A stretch of DNA of 64,000 nucleotides from an uncultured delta proteobacterium (GCA_963769935.1 CAVYNY010000015.1:32001-96000), one strand, 5' to 3'; counted from the first letter of the stretch, positions 1 through 10,593 are shown. Translations and numbers: made by a program. The notes: generated from the sequence alone by a model not told the origin.

Positions 1-801
1 CAATCATAATTGCCAGTACAATGGAAGCCAACAGCATGATCCAGAGCGTGATGCGGCTGACGTTATCGGCGGTATACCCCACGCCGTATACCACGCCGGT
101 CGTTGAATAGAGAAGTTCGAAACGATCCAGATAATACCCCCACCCCCACACGCCGATCAAAAAGATGAAAAGCAGCGGACAGGTGCCCGATCACCTTCCA
201 GCTGCCGTGCAGGATTTCGCCCCGGCCGAACCGAAACGCCCCAAAGTAGGAATAGGTGAACGAGCACAATGAGCAGGGTTATGAAGGTCAGGCCCATCAT
301 GCTGTTTTGGATCAGTTCGTAAAAGGGAAGTCGAAAAAGATAAAAGCCGATGTCCTTGCCGAAGATCGGATCCGGTTGGCCGACGGCTCCTCCCCAGTGA
401 AAACGCAGATAGGTGTCCCACTCGGGATGAAAGTTGAGCGCGAATATCAGACCGATGACGGCCGAGATTACCAGCCCGCCCGCTTTCAAAAACCCGGGGG
501 TAATCCCGACGCCCGTTTGGGTGTAAATCCGGGTGGTATCTCCATCCATGGCTCGGGGAAAGGCAGCCGTGGTTGCTGCCGCAAACCGGAAATTAATCCA
601 GGTATAAAGAAAGACGACCAGGAAGGACACACCCGAAAGAGACCATTTGACGGACAGCAGCCGCCAGAAAATATTCAGGTATCCTACCTGCCGCATCCAG
701 AGCCATTGCTGCATCAAGCCGGATGCCACCAAGCAAAACACAAGTAAAATGAACGCCGCCGCGATCAAGGATCCTAAAATTACAGCAGGTCTTTTTTGCA
801 T
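1..801 (-). CDS. UPF0182 family membrane protein, 5' part (runs off left edge; two apparent frameshifts near 262 and 177)
   Basis: WLWMRQVGYLNIFW and DPIFGKDIGFYLFRLPFY motifs. After two frame changes the minus strand continues LLFIFLIGVWGWGYYLDRFELLYSTTGVVYGVGYTADNV, typical of UPF0182. GGAGG RBS upstream of ATG 801. Confidence 0.85.
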
Positions 802-843
802 GGCTATCCTCCCTAATTAGTGGTTGAACGAAAAACCGTCCAT

Positions 844-935
844 ACTATAAATCTCACAGTTGAACGCAGGTATCGGTGCTGGTCTGATAATCGAGTAGGA
901 TATTGGTGCTTTTCTCTGTAAATGTTTGTCTTACA
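844..935 (-). promoter_or_regulatory. Conserved 92-bp promoter module, copy M1 (upstream of UPF0182)
   Basis: Minus strand: TGTAAGACAAACATTTACA-N16-TCCTACTCGATTATCAGACCAGCACCGATACC-N19-TATAGT; aligns without gaps to 3810-3901 (+) and 3531-3622 (-). Confidence 0.8.
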
Positions 936-945
936 AAATATGGAA

Positions 946-974
946 TTGACAAACGGCATATTCGCATTTATGGT
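946..974 (+). promoter_or_regulatory. Putative sigma70 promoter of usp
   Basis: TTGACA (946-951), 17 bp, TATGGT (969-974), 32 bp before the ATG. Confidence 0.55.
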
Positions 975-1006
975 TTAATCATAAAATAAATCTGGAAGAA
1001 GACACT

Positions 1007-1450
1007 ATGAATCGTATCCTGGTTGCCATTGACTTTTCGGAAGTAACCGACGACGTGCTCTCAAAAGCGATAACGCTGACCAAAGCACTGCAAGGCCGGC
1101 TGCGTATACTTCATGTAAATGATTCAGCGCCGTACAGCTATGCTCCCAAGAAGGATACCCCAAGTGAATCGATGCCCCAAATCGCCAAGCCATCGATGGC
1201 GGCCAACAATCTGGGAGCGATTCGGACCCGGATGTCAAAAGAACAGTTCGAGGCAGACTATCGATTGATGGAAGGTCCGGCGGCAGACAATATATTATCG
1301 GCCGCCAGGGAATTCGCGGCCGATATCATTGTGATCGGCGCGCGAGAGCATGGAAAATTTTTCCACTGTTTATTCGATGATACCACCAACTCTCTAATCC
1401 GCCATTCACCGTGTCCCATCCTGGTCGTACCGCATGTGGTCAGCAAATAG
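1007..1450 (+). CDS. Universal stress protein (single USP domain)
   Basis: RILVAIDFS, LHV, G.AADNIL..A....ADIIVIGARE and SLIRHSPCPILVVP motifs; 147 aa. Confidence 0.93.
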   Translation: MNRILVAIDFSEVTDDVLSKAITLTKALQGRLRILHVNDSAPYSYAPKKDTPSESMPQIAKPSMAANNLGAIRTRMSKEQFEADYRLMEGPAADNILSAAREFAADIIVIGAREHGKFFHCLFDDTTNSLIRHSPCPILVVPHVVSK

Positions 1451-1466
1451 CAACACCGATTTGGGT

Positions 1467-3446
1467 TTATGAGACGCGCGGCCCAAGTATGGCTAAAATT
1501 TCAGGTTCGTCCATCTTTTCTTTTTCGAGCAATACCTGGGCCATTTTTTCGAGTTTATCGCGTTTGTCCGTCAGCATTTGCTTGGCATCCGCATAGCAGG
1601 CTCGGATAATTTCCTGCGTCTCATCGTCGATCATCTGTCCAAGTTTTTCAGAATGCTGCATCATGCCGGGGCCCTGACCCAGGAACAGATCCTGCTGATG
1701 GTCGACCAGCGATATATTCGGCGCCTGTTGGCTCATACCATAAACCGTGATCATATTACGTGCAATTTTGGCTATTTTTTCCAGGTCATTGGAGGCACCG
1801 GTGGAAACCTCGCCAAAGACAATTTCTTCGGCTGCCCGGCCTCCCAGCAAGCCCTTGATTTTACCGGTCAACTCGCTGCGCGACATCAGAAAACGGTCTT
1901 CCAGCGGGGTTTGCAGCGTGTAGCCCAAAGCGCCGATACCCCGCGGCACAATGGAGACTTTCTGGACCGGATCCGCTCCGGCAGTAAAATGGCCCACGAT
2001 GGCATGCCCGGATTCATGGTAGGCGACCACCTCCCGTTCATGGGGATTGATCAGCTTGTTCTTTTTCTCCAGCCCTGCGATCACCCGCTCGATCGCATCC
2101 TGGAAATGTTGCTGGGAGATTTCGTTCCGGTCTTTACGGGAGGCTAATAAAGCCGCTTCATTGCAGACATTGGCAATTTCAGCCCCTCCAAATCCAGGCG
2201 TTTCAGCAGCCAGTTTGCGCAGGTCGACGTCGTCTTTCAGAGTCAAATTACGGGTATGCACTTCAAATATTCGAACCCGTCCGATAAGATCCGGTCGATC
2301 CACGAGAATCTGGCGGTCAAACCGCCCGGGCCGCAGCAAGGCCGAATCAAGAACCTCGGGCCGGTTGGTGGCCCCCATGATAATGATTCCGATTTGGGGA
2401 TCGAAACCGTCCATTTCGCTGAGCAACTGGTTAAGCGTGTTTTCCCTTTCATCGTTTCTACCCATATAAGGACCCTGGGACCTGCTTTTGCCGACGGCAT
2501 CCAGCTCGTCGATAAAAATAATGCACGGGGCCTTGGCCTTGGCTTCTTTGAAGAGGTCGCGCACCCGGGCGGCGCCGACTCCGACGAACATCTCCACAAA
2601 ATCCGAGCCGCTCAGGTTGAAAAAAGGCACATTGGCTTCCCCGGCCACGGCGCGCGCCAGCAGTGTCTTACCCGTTCCCGGAGGACCTACCAGCATGATG
2701 CCTTTGGGTAGTTTGGCCCCCAGACGCGTGTATTTGCCCGGTTCTTTTAAAAAGGACACGACTTCTTTGACTTCTTCAACCGCCTCATCGACCCCGGCGA
2801 CGTCCTCGAATGTGACTTTGAGCGATGGGTCGACTTCATATATTTTGGCTTTGTTTTTGCCCAGGTTCAAAAAGCCGGCGCCGCCGCCGCCCTTGCCCAT
2901 TTTGCGCATGATCCAACCCCAGACCAGAAAGAGAATGCCGAAAGGAATGATCCAATTGGAGATCAAATGGGCGAAAAAATGCGATTCGATTTTGCCCTGG
3001 TAAGTAACGCCGTGCTGCTGCAGGTCTTCCAGCAGGTTGGGATCGGTGAGGGGGATGACCGTAAATTGGCGTTGAACTTCCTCTTGGCGGGCCTTTTCCG
3101 ATTGCGTCAGGTTTTTTTCAAAATTGAGATACCAGGGGGTTTGTTTTTGCTGCGGGGTGAAGCTGGGCTTAGCGGAGGAGGGAGGGGGCTCGGTTTCGGT
3201 TTTTTTCGCTGCACTGCCGGTCTGCGGGACAGCTTTGGGAGCAGCCTGATCGGATTTCAGTAAACCGTAGATCCTGTCGGATTCCAAAATTACACTTTCG
3301 ACTTTATTCTTTTGAATAAGATCCCGGAATTTGCTGTATGGCAGCTCTTTAACCGCCGGTCCGGAAAAAAACATGGTTTCCAGAAAAAGCATAATCAAAA
3401 ACATAATCAGGTAATAGCCGATGGAAAACTTGGATCGTTGAATCAT
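1467..3446 (-). CDS. ftsH: ATP-dependent zinc metalloprotease FtsH
   Basis: Two TM segments, Walker A GPPGTGKT, Walker [28 protein letters not shown] zinc motif. Confidence 0.97.
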   Translation of the reverse strand: MIQRSKFSIGYYLIMFLIMLFLETMFFSGPAVKELPYSKFRDLIQKNKVESVILESDRIYGLLKSDQAAPKAVPQTGSAAKKTETEPPPSSAKPSFTPQQKQTPWYLNFEKNLTQSEKARQEEVQRQFTVIPLTDPNLLEDLQQHGVTYQGKIESHFFAHLISNWIIPFGILFLVWGWIMRKMGKGGGGAGFLNLGKNKAKIYEVDPSLKVTFEDVAGVDEAVEEVKEVVSFLKEPGKYTRLGAKLPKGIMLVGPPGTGKTLLARAVAGEANVPFFNLSGSDFVEMFVGVGAARVRDLFKEAKAKAPCIIFIDELDAVGKSRSQGPYMGRNDERENTLNQLLSEMDGFDPQIGIIIMGATNRPEVLDSALLRPGRFDRQILVDRPDLIGRVRIFEVHTRNLTLKDDVDLRKLAAETPGFGGAEIANVCNEAALLASRKDRNEISQQHFQDAIERVIAGLEKKNKLINPHEREVVAYHESGHAIVGHFTAGADPVQKVSIVPRGIGALGYTLQTPLEDRFLMSRSELTGKIKGLLGGRAAEEIVFGEVSTGASNDLEKIAKIARNMITVYGMSQQAPNISLVDHQQDLFLGQGPGMMQHSEKLGQMIDDETQEIIRACYADAKQMLTDKRDKLEKMAQVLLEKEKMDEPEILAILGPRVS

Positions 3447-3530
3447 TAACGCCTCCCCGGAGCAGTTGTCATTAATTTCGCTTATTTGCCAGGCGACTGG
3501 AACGTGCCGCCACCTCTTTAAATTAAACCA

Positions 3531-3622
3531 ATATTAAATCCTGAAAGGCGGTTCGGGTATCGGCGCAGGTCCTATTTTTGTGTCGGATTCCGTGGAGATT
3601 TGCCGTAGGCATTTATCTGACA
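3531..3622 (-). promoter_or_regulatory. Conserved 92-bp promoter module, copy M3 (upstream of ftsH)
   Basis: Minus strand: TGTCAGATAAATGCCTACG-N16-TCCGACACAAAAATAGGACCTGCGCCGATACC-N19-TAATAT. Confidence 0.72.
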
Positions 3623-3691
3623 CGAACTTGCTCAGCCGCACTTGAAAAAACAGCTCCCACAAGATCCTTAAGCTGTTATCAGGTTCCAAAT

Positions 3692-3755
3692 AAGTTTCTT
3701 TTTTGATCAGATCGGCCGTTGTTTTGGCCGGCGGCTGGGCTGACACCTGAAACCT
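3692..3755 (+). repeat. Dispersed ~60-bp intergenic repeat (GATCAGA..GGCC..GGCGGC..GCTGACACCTGAAACCT family)
   Basis: Near-identical to 12151-12215; related copies at 12003-12058, 38287-38343, 42505-42557 and, inverted, 44402-44430. Confidence 0.85.
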
Positions 3756-3809
3756 TTTACACTGGTCAACATCGGCGACAGCCAGGCTGTGGCCTTCTCG
3801 CCGAAACAA

Positions 3810-3901
3810 TGTCAGACAAATATTGACACCAAATCTGGCGAAACTCCTACCTGATTATCAGACCGACACCGATACCGCAATCACCTCCGGCAGCTTATCG
3901 T
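3810..3901 (+). promoter_or_regulatory. Conserved 92-bp promoter module, copy M2 (upstream of P-type ATPase operon)
   Basis: TGTCAGACAAATATTGACA-N16-TCCTACCTGATTATCAGACCGACACCGATACC-N19-TATCGT. Confidence 0.8.
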
Positions 3902-3950
3902 GTGTTCAAATTGCAAACCGAAATTTCTTTTCGGACAGAAAGTAAATTGC

Positions 3951-6467
3951 ATGGGCACACCGGCACCCAAAATAGACACGGCAAACGAAGCGCCTGCGGC
4001 AAGCGTTTTCGAAAAGCTTGAATCCAGCCCCAAGGGACTCACTGCCTCAGAGGTCCATAAACGGCTCGAAGCATACGGCTATAATGAAATTGCTGAAAAG
4101 GAAGTAAACCCCCTGGTCAAATTCCTGGGCTACTTCTGGGGGCCGATTCCCTGGATGATCGAGGTCGCGGCCGTGCTCTCAGCCATCGTCCGACACTGGG
4201 CGGATTTTATTATCATCATCGTCCTGCTCGCATTTAACGGGGTGGTGGGCTTCTGGCAGGAATACCAGGCCGGCAACGCGGTGGCGGCACTCAAGAAAAA
4301 GCTGGCGCTGAAAAGCCGGGCTCTGAGAGACGGACACTGGCAGCAAATCAATGCCAAAGAACTGGTGCCCGGCGACATCATCCGTCTGCGTCTGGGAGAC
4401 ATTATCCCGGCCGATGTGATGCTGTTTGACGGCGAGTATCTGAGCGTGGACCAGTCAGCCCTTACCGGAGAATCTTTGCCGGTGAACAAGACCGCGGGCG
4501 ATTCCGCTTACTCGGGCTCGATAGCCAAGCAGGGCGAGATGCTGGGGCTGGTAACAGATACCGGCAACGACACCTATTTCGGCCGAACCGCCAAACTCGT
4601 CGCCAAGGCCAAGCCGGTGTCGCATTTCCAGAAGGCCGTACTGCAGATCGGCGATTATCTGATTTATCTGAGCCTGGGTCTGGTGGTGACCCTCATCCTC
4701 GTACAGCTGTTTCGCGGTACCGCCATGCTCGAGCTGGTTCAGTTCGCTTTGATTCTGACCGTGGCATCCATCCCGGTAGCCATGCCGGCGGTACTTTCGG
4801 TCACCATGGCCGTAGGCGCCCTGGTGCTTTCCAAAATGAAGGCCATCGTCTCCCGCCTGGAATCGATTGAAGAGATGGCCGGGATGGACATTCTGTGTTC
4901 CGACAAGACCGGGACCCTCACCCAGAACAAGCTTACCCTGGGGGATCCCCTGATATTCGAGGCCGAAAGCTCACAGGATCTGATTTTAGCTGCTGCGCTG
5001 GCTTCCAAGGAGGAGGATCAGGATGCCATCGACCTGGCCGTGATCGGTGGGCTTCAGGATCGCGGCGCGCTCAATTCATATCAGCAGCTTAAGTTTGTGC
5101 CCTTTGATCCGGTGGGCAAACGCACCGAAGCCACCATCCGGGGCGACGGCGACCACACCTTCAAGGTCACCAAAGGCGCACCACAGGTCATTCTTGCGCT
5201 GGCCCAGGTCGACCCGCATACCCGGGCCGGGGCTGAGCAGGCAATCAGCGACTTGGCCGCCAAGGGCTACCGCACTCTGGGTGTCGCCCGCGGTGAAGAC
5301 GCCGGCGCCTGGCAGTTTCTGGGAATTTTACCCCTATATGATCCGCCGCGCGAGGACTCGGCCGAGACCATCAGCCAGGCCCGCCGCCATGGGATAGCGG
5401 TAAAAATGGTAACGGGCGACAATCTGGCGATTGCCGGCGAGATTGCGCAGCAGCTCGGGCTGGGAAAGACCGTTTACGCGGCGGATAAGCTGCTGCAAGG
5501 CGACAAAGATGCAACCCGGATGGCAGCCGATACGGCCGAAAAGGTCGAACAGGCCGACGGTTTTGCCCAGGTTTTTCCGGAGCACAAGTACGGCATCGTC
5601 AAAGCCTTGCAGGCCCGCGGCCACATCGTCGGCATGACCGGCGATGGGGTCAACGATGCTCCGGCCCTGAAACAGGCCGATATCGGCATCGCCGTCAGCG
5701 GTGCCACCGACGCCGCTCGGGCGGCGGCATCTTTAGTGCTGACGGCGCCGGGACTATCGGTGGTCATTAATGCCGTGGAAGAGGCGCGCCGGATCTTTGA
5801 GCGTATGAACAGCTATGCCATCTACCGCATCACGGAGACGATCCGCATCATGGTTTTTGTGGTGCTGGCGATGATCGTGTTCAGCTTCTATCCCATCACC
5901 GCCATCATGATCATTCTGCTGGCTTTCCTCAATGACGTCCCCATCATGACCATTGCTTACGACCGGACCGGGCTCGAGCCCAACCCCGTGCACTGGAACA
6001 TGCATCGGGTCATTGCAGTGGCGACGGTAATGGGTCTGACCGGCGTCGCCGGAAGTTTTCTGATGCTTTACCTGGCGGTTGACTGGCTGCATTTAAACAT
6101 CCCCCAGGTCCAAACATATGTATTCCTGAAAATGGCTGTAGCCGGCCATCTGACATTATTTGTGTCCCGCAGCAAAGGGTTTTTTCTCAAAAAGCCTTAT
6201 CCGGCCCCGGTTATGATCTGGTCGGCGGTCGCCACCAAACTGGCAGGTACATTTCTGGCCGCCTATGGGTTCGGTCTGATCACACCGATCACCTGGCGCG
6301 AAATCGCTTTGATCTGGGGCTATTCCATTACCTGGGCTTTTCTGACGGATTGGGCCAAGACAAGGGTTTATCGCCACTTTGGCATGGCAACGACGCGGCA
6401 TAAAAATTTTCTCAATACCGTGAAGCAGTCGCTGCATCACCACGCAGCGCCTACGATCTATCGGTAA
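3951..6467 (+). CDS. Plasma-membrane-type proton-efflux P-type ATPase (P3A)
   Basis: DKTGTLT phosphorylation site, TGES, KGAP, MTGDGVNDAPAL; P3A-type FWGPIPWMIE, IPVAMPAVLSVT, YRITET and LNDVPIMTIAYD (proton-acceptor Asp). ATG 3951 preferred to GTG 3900. Confidence 0.93.
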   Translation: MGTPAPKIDTANEAPAASVFEKLESSPKGLTASEVHKRLEAYGYNEIAEKEVNPLVKFLGYFWGPIPWMIEVAAVLSAIVRHWADFIIIIVLLAFNGVVGFWQEYQAGNAVAALKKKLALKSRALRDGHWQQINAKELVPGDIIRLRLGDIIPADVMLFDGEYLSVDQSALTGESLPVNKTAGDSAYSGSIAKQGEMLGLVTDTGNDTYFGRTAKLVAKAKPVSHFQKAVLQIGDYLIYLSLGLVVTLILVQLFRGTAMLELVQFALILTVASIPVAMPAVLSVTMAVGALVLSKMKAIVSRLESIEEMAGMDILCSDKTGTLTQNKLTLGDPLIFEAESSQDLILAAALASKEEDQDAIDLAVIGGLQDRGALNSYQQLKFVPFDPVGKRTEATIRGDGDHTFKVTKGAPQVILALAQVDPHTRAGAEQAISDLAAKGYRTLGVARGEDAGAWQFLGILPLYDPPREDSAETISQARRHGIAVKMVTGDNLAIAGEIAQQLGLGKTVYAADKLLQGDKDATRMAADTAEKVEQADGFAQVFPEHKYGIVKALQARGHIVGMTGDGVNDAPALKQADIGIAVSGATDAARAAASLVLTAPGLSVVINAVEEARRIFERMNSYAIYRITETIRIMVFVVLAMIVFSFYPITAIMIILLAFLNDVPIMTIAYDRTGLEPNPVHWNMHRVIAVATVMGLTGVAGSFLMLYLAVDWLHLNIPQVQTYVFLKMAVAGHLTLFVSRSKGFFLKKPYPAPVMIWSAVATKLAGTFLAAYGFGLITPITWREIALIWGYSITWAFLTDWAKTRVYRHFGMATTRHKNFLNTVKQSLHHHAAPTIYR

Positions 6468-6513
6468 TTCAGAATAACAAAAAAAGATTATCAACACCAT
6501 TAAGGAGGTTCTC

Positions 6514-8037
6514 ATGTTTAATCGATTGTTTATATCAAACCGTCGCATCCCCGCCCCGTTTAAGAAGATGATAGCCGGTCTGCTGCTGGCTTTTGCAGGT
6601 GCAGGGGTTATTACGGCATGCGCTCAGCAACCGGCGCCGGATAATAAATCTTCCGCTGCAGCTGAATCGTCCCATGCGGTAGTAAGCAGGGTGGATACAA
6701 GCCAGCGGCTGTCGACCGATTTATCCTCTGCCATTGAACAAGTGGCAAATAAAGCGATTCCGGCTGTGGTGCACATTGAAGTGACCGAACACCAGGAAAT
6801 GCCAAATCCTTACTATGCCTATAGGGACAATCCATTTTTCCGCCGCTTTTTCGGACTCCCCAAAAATATGCCGAAAAAGCTTCAAAGGGAAATGGTCGGC
6901 ATCGGCACAGGAGTGATCATCGATGCCGAGGGACATATCCTAACCAACTATCATGTGGTCGGGGGAGCCACTAAAATCGTGGTGACCCTATCAGACGGCA
7001 CCCAATATCCCGCCACGGTGGTAGGGGTGGATCCCGAAACGGATTTAGGCGTTATTAAAATCAACGCCGATAAGCCACTGCCTTTTTTAACCTTTGCAAA
7101 TTCAGACAAAGCCACGGTCGGTCAATGGGTAGTGGCCATCGGCCAATCCAGAGGACTCGACCAGACCGTTACCCAGGGGATTATCAGTGCCAAACATCGA
7201 ACCGGGATCACGGACCCGGGCAGCTACCAGGATTTTCTACAAACCGACGCCGCCATCAACCCGGGCAACAGCGGTGGACCCTTGCTGACGCTTGACGCCC
7301 GGGTCATCGGCATCAACTCAGAAATTGCCTCTCAATCGGGAGGTTTTGAAGGGATCGGATTTGCCATTCCCAGCAATATGGCTACCCATGTCGCCAAAGC
7401 CCTTATTGCCTACGGCAAGGTCGAGCGCGGATGGGTAGGCGTCGGTGCCCAGGATCTTACTCCCAATCTGGCCAAATCTTTCGGTTTAGCGCTTCCAAAG
7501 GGAGCACTGCTGGCGGAGATCGATAAAGATGGACCGGCGGATAAGGCCGGGCTCAAAAAAGGCGATGTCGTCGTCTCTTATCAAGGCCGGCCGGTTGCGG
7601 ATGCCTCCATTTTTCGCAACGATGTGGCAAACTCTCCTATCGGTCAACCGGCACAGGTCGGCATCTGGCGGGACGGTAAAAAACAGGAAATTTCGGTTAC
7701 GGTGGGCAACCTGGAGGATGAACGAAAAGCAGTCGCTGCGGTAGTGAAGGAGCGATTGGGTGTCGTGGTAAGGCCGCTGACCGTTAAAGAGGCTGAAGAT
7801 TACGGGCTGTCGCTGCCGAAAGGCGTAGCTGTTAAATGGGTCGATCCCAAAGGGGCGATCGGTCAGGCCGGATTCGAGGTGGGAGACGTTATTCTGGCCC
7901 TCGACAATCAGCCGGTCCAGGGAGTGGCCAGTTTCGACGAAATGATGATGGCCATTCCTCATCATCAGAAGGCGGTCTTGCTTGCCATCAGCCATAAAAC
8001 CGGGCAGTCCGGCTACGTTCAGATCGAGGTATCGTAG
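6514..8037 (+). CDS. DegP/DegQ (HtrA, Do family) serine protease, probable lipoprotein, two PDZ domains
   Basis: Catalytic triad TNYHVV / DPETDLGVIK / GNSGGP, QTDAAINPG, lipobox-like VITAC, AAGGAGG RBS. Confidence 0.95.
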   Translation: MFNRLFISNRRIPAPFKKMIAGLLLAFAGAGVITACAQQPAPDNKSSAAAESSHAVVSRVDTSQRLSTDLSSAIEQVANKAIPAVVHIEVTEHQEMPNPYYAYRDNPFFRRFFGLPKNMPKKLQREMVGIGTGVIIDAEGHILTNYHVVGGATKIVVTLSDGTQYPATVVGVDPETDLGVIKINADKPLPFLTFANSDKATVGQWVVAIGQSRGLDQTVTQGIISAKHRTGITDPGSYQDFLQTDAAINPGNSGGPLLTLDARVIGINSEIASQSGGFEGIGFAIPSNMATHVAKALIAYGKVERGWVGVGAQDLTPNLAKSFGLALPKGALLAEIDKDGPADKAGLKKGDVVVSYQGRPVADASIFRNDVANSPIGQPAQVGIWRDGKKQEISVTVGNLEDERKAVAAVVKERLGVVVRPLTVKEAEDYGLSLPKGVAVKWVDPKGAIGQAGFEVGDVILALDNQPVQGVASFDEMMMAIPHHQKAVLLAISHKTGQSGYVQIEVS

Positions 8038-8059
8038 CTGCGGTGTTAACGACCGCAGC
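8037..8059 (+). terminator. Stem-loop after degP
   Basis: GCTGCGGT-gttaacg-ACCGCAGC; no U-tract, so possibly an mRNA-stabilising hairpin. Confidence 0.45.
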
Positions 8060-8131
8060 AATGCATGGAATGTCGAAGATCCGCCTTCGGAGGGGTGAAA
8101 AGATGGAATATTGGAGAATTGGAGAAGATCA

Positions 8132-8968
8132 ATGAGTATTTTTAGCGCAGGGCATTATCTGGGATTGGTTGCTTTAGGGATCGGCGTCGGTTGCTATGGA
8201 ACTTTGATCGGCGCAGGCGGCGGCTTCGTGTTGATGCCGGTCCTTCTGCTGCTGTATCCGCAGCAAGACGCCGATCTGCTGACCAGCATCTCGCTGGCGG
8301 TGGTTTTTTTCAATGCCCTCTCGGGGTCGGAAGCCTATGCGCTGCTGAAACGCATTGACTATCGTTCCGGCTTGATGTTTTCGGCTGCGACCATACCGGG
8401 GGCCGTGCTGGGGGCCCTGAACACGGCATATGTGCCCCGTCGTGTGTTTGATTTAATTTTCAGCGTCTTGTTATTGGCGGCCGCCGTCTTTTTAGGTTGG
8501 CGACCGCGCAAGGCCGGAACCGGTGGAAAATCAATGAACGCTGCTCATCACAAAATGGTGCGGCGGGTGGTCGATGTGCATGGTATCGTGTACGAGTATG
8601 ATTTCAACTGGCTGCTTGGCATGGGGATCAGCCTCATTGTCGGATATGTTTCAAGTTTTTTGGGGATCGGTGGAGGCATTATCCATGTTCCGGCGCTCAG
8701 CTTTCTCTTGAATTTTCCCGTACACATCGCCACCGCCACCTCCCACTTTATTCTGGCCATCATGGCATTGACCGGCACTGTGGTCCACATTTTGACGGGA
8801 ACCTTCGCCCACGGCGTCCATCGAACGATAGCCCTGGCCATTGGGGTGGTCCTGGGCGCTCAAATAGGTGCACGCCTGTCCGAGAGGTTGCAGGGAAGCT
8901 GGATCATCCGGAGTTTGGCAGTTGCTCTGGGACTCGTGGGACTGCGGATTTTAATCGTGGCCTTGTAG
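8132..8968 (+). CDS. Sulfite exporter TauE/SafE family membrane protein
   Basis: Duplicated G.GGG motifs (GTLIGAGGGFVLMP; SFLGIGGGIIHVP), ATATSHF, multi-TM. Confidence 0.92.
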   Translation: MSIFSAGHYLGLVALGIGVGCYGTLIGAGGGFVLMPVLLLLYPQQDADLLTSISLAVVFFNALSGSEAYALLKRIDYRSGLMFSAATIPGAVLGALNTAYVPRRVFDLIFSVLLLAAAVFLGWRPRKAGTGGKSMNAAHHKMVRRVVDVHGIVYEYDFNWLLGMGISLIVGYVSSFLGIGGGIIHVPALSFLLNFPVHIATATSHFILAIMALTGTVVHILTGTFAHGVHRTIALAIGVVLGAQIGARLSERLQGSWIIRSLAVALGLVGLRILIVAL

Positions 8969-8991
8969 GCCTGGGTCGAGGTATTCGCGCT

Positions 8992-9334
8992 ATGGAAAAG
9001 AAGTATGACAAAAATGTAGATGTAGACAATCTTATTGTGGAAGAGATTCTGGTTTTACTCCAGGAAAAAAGGACCGCCCTCAGAATGGTGCGAATTGGAA
9101 TCGGGGCGATTATCGCCCAGATAACCATCCTCGGTTTTCTGATCGCCACCTCCAAATACTATGAGTGGATGGAGGTTATGCATCTGTGGATTCCGTTTGT
9201 CATTGCTCAACCTGGTCGTGTTGGGGGTTGCCGGCTACTTTATTTTTGGATCGCTCATTTACATACATCGTCTGGATCGCCAGATTCAGAGATACAAAAA
9301 AAGTCATGGCGTAATCTCTAATTTTATGGACTGA
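8992..9334 (+). CDS. Small two-TM membrane protein (DUF202-like), apparent frameshift near 9202
   Basis: LLQEKRTALRMVRIGI motif; the other frame continues LLNLVVLGVAGYFIFGSLIYIHRLDRQIQRYKKSHGVISNFMD* to TGA 9332-9334. Confidence 0.65.
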
Positions 9335-9362
9335 AAACCCGGCGGGGTGATGCGGTTCCGAT

Positions 9363-10163
9363 TCACGTTGTCAATTTTTCTGAGGTTGCACGGATTGGTT
9401 TGTGGTTTGGATAAATCTCATGCTGCCGAAGGGAAACAAAAATCAAATAAAGCATTTCAATTTGATTGTTGACGGCTTCGACCAGAATCTTTTCTTCTTG
9501 GTCCAGACATTTTTTGGGGAAAACACAAGCGACCGTAATCATCGAATTATCGCGGCGGGAAGCCACGATACTGTATCCGTCGATCGCCCGGTCGGCAACG
9601 ATGGCTTTGTTGCTGATCCCCTTGATCAAAGAATTCGCATTTTTCCTGGCTTCAAGATGCTCTTTTATCGTTCTTAAGTTGGCTTGACAGATAATTCGGA
9701 TCAAAACCCAGTCAGCATTTACAATTCCCAGCAAATTGCCGGCAAATAAGGCCAGATCGTTTCTAAATTCATTTTCAGTTTTCGGATACCTTCCGAGTCT
9801 GCAAAAAATAGATTGAATTGCTTGAATTTGTATGTTTACCCCACCGATATATTTGAACGCATCGGTAAGCTTGCTCGACAAATCGCAGTTATCTCGGGAT
9901 AATCTGCACGTCTCCTGCCGGTATTTTTTCAATTCTTTTTTATAAATGTCAGATAAAATAAAGGCAATCAAAAGAAGGATGCTGATCAACACCGCTTCCA
10001 CGACATCTTCTTGAATGACATATTTTTTGAACAGCAAAAGATGATGCCTGATAAAAATCGGCGTAAAAACGATCCCCAATAACAGAAACACTATCGTTGC
10101 TATGTAGCTGAATTCAAGAAATTTTGTTTTATCCGCCGCCTTGAATGGTTCCAAAATTCTCAT
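9363..10163 (-). CDS. Hypothetical membrane protein (2 TM, coiled coil, possible GAF-like domain)
   Basis: 266-aa AT-rich ORF with two hydrophobic N-terminal helices; no family motif recognised. Confidence 0.7.
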   Translation of the reverse strand: MRILEPFKAADKTKFLEFSYIATIVFLLLGIVFTPIFIRHHLLLFKKYVIQEDVVEAVLISILLLIAFILSDIYKKELKKYRQETCRLSRDNCDLSSKLTDAFKYIGGVNIQIQAIQSIFCRLGRYPKTENEFRNDLALFAGNLLGIVNADWVLIRIICQANLRTIKEHLEARKNANSLIKGISNKAIVADRAIDGYSIVASRRDNSMITVACVFPKKCLDQEEKILVEAVNNQIEMLYLIFVSLRQHEIYPNHKPIRATSEKLTT

Positions 10164-10305
10164 TTATCAAATCCAGCCAGGTTTTATTCAACCTAAAGTT
10201 TTCCTCATAAAGGCCGAGTATAATTATTACCCTCAAGCCCTGGTAAAAGTACCGGGAAAAATTTATCTGGTCAAGATTTTTAAGCTGCAAAAGAGGAGTA
10301 AAAGA

Positions 10306-10578
10306 TTGAAAATCACCCTCATTCTCGCAATTGCCGCCGTGGCAGCGAATATTGCGCTTATATGGTATGCAAAAAAATATAATAAAGCCAAAACCGATGA
10401 AACCTCGGATCCCGAAAATGGATCCTATGCCATTTCGCAAGGATATCTGAATACCCCAGAAGCAAGGCGATTAAGAAAATCAGCAGCCGCTGAGTTGGGT
10501 CTATCGATTAAACAATTGGATCGTATACCTGTCAAGGAAATTAAGCAACTATCCAAGGAGCAGAAATTGATTAATTAG
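10306..10578 (+). CDS. Small hypothetical membrane-anchored protein
   Basis: GAGGAG RBS, then TTG 10306 and an N-terminal hydrophobic helix (KITLILAIAAVAANIALIWY). Confidence 0.55.
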   Translation: MKITLILAIAAVAANIALIWYAKKYNKAKTDETSDPENGSYAISQGYLNTPEARRLRKSAAAELGLSIKQLDRIPVKEIKQLSKEQKLIN

Positions 10579-10593
10579 GGTTGCGCCTTGAAC

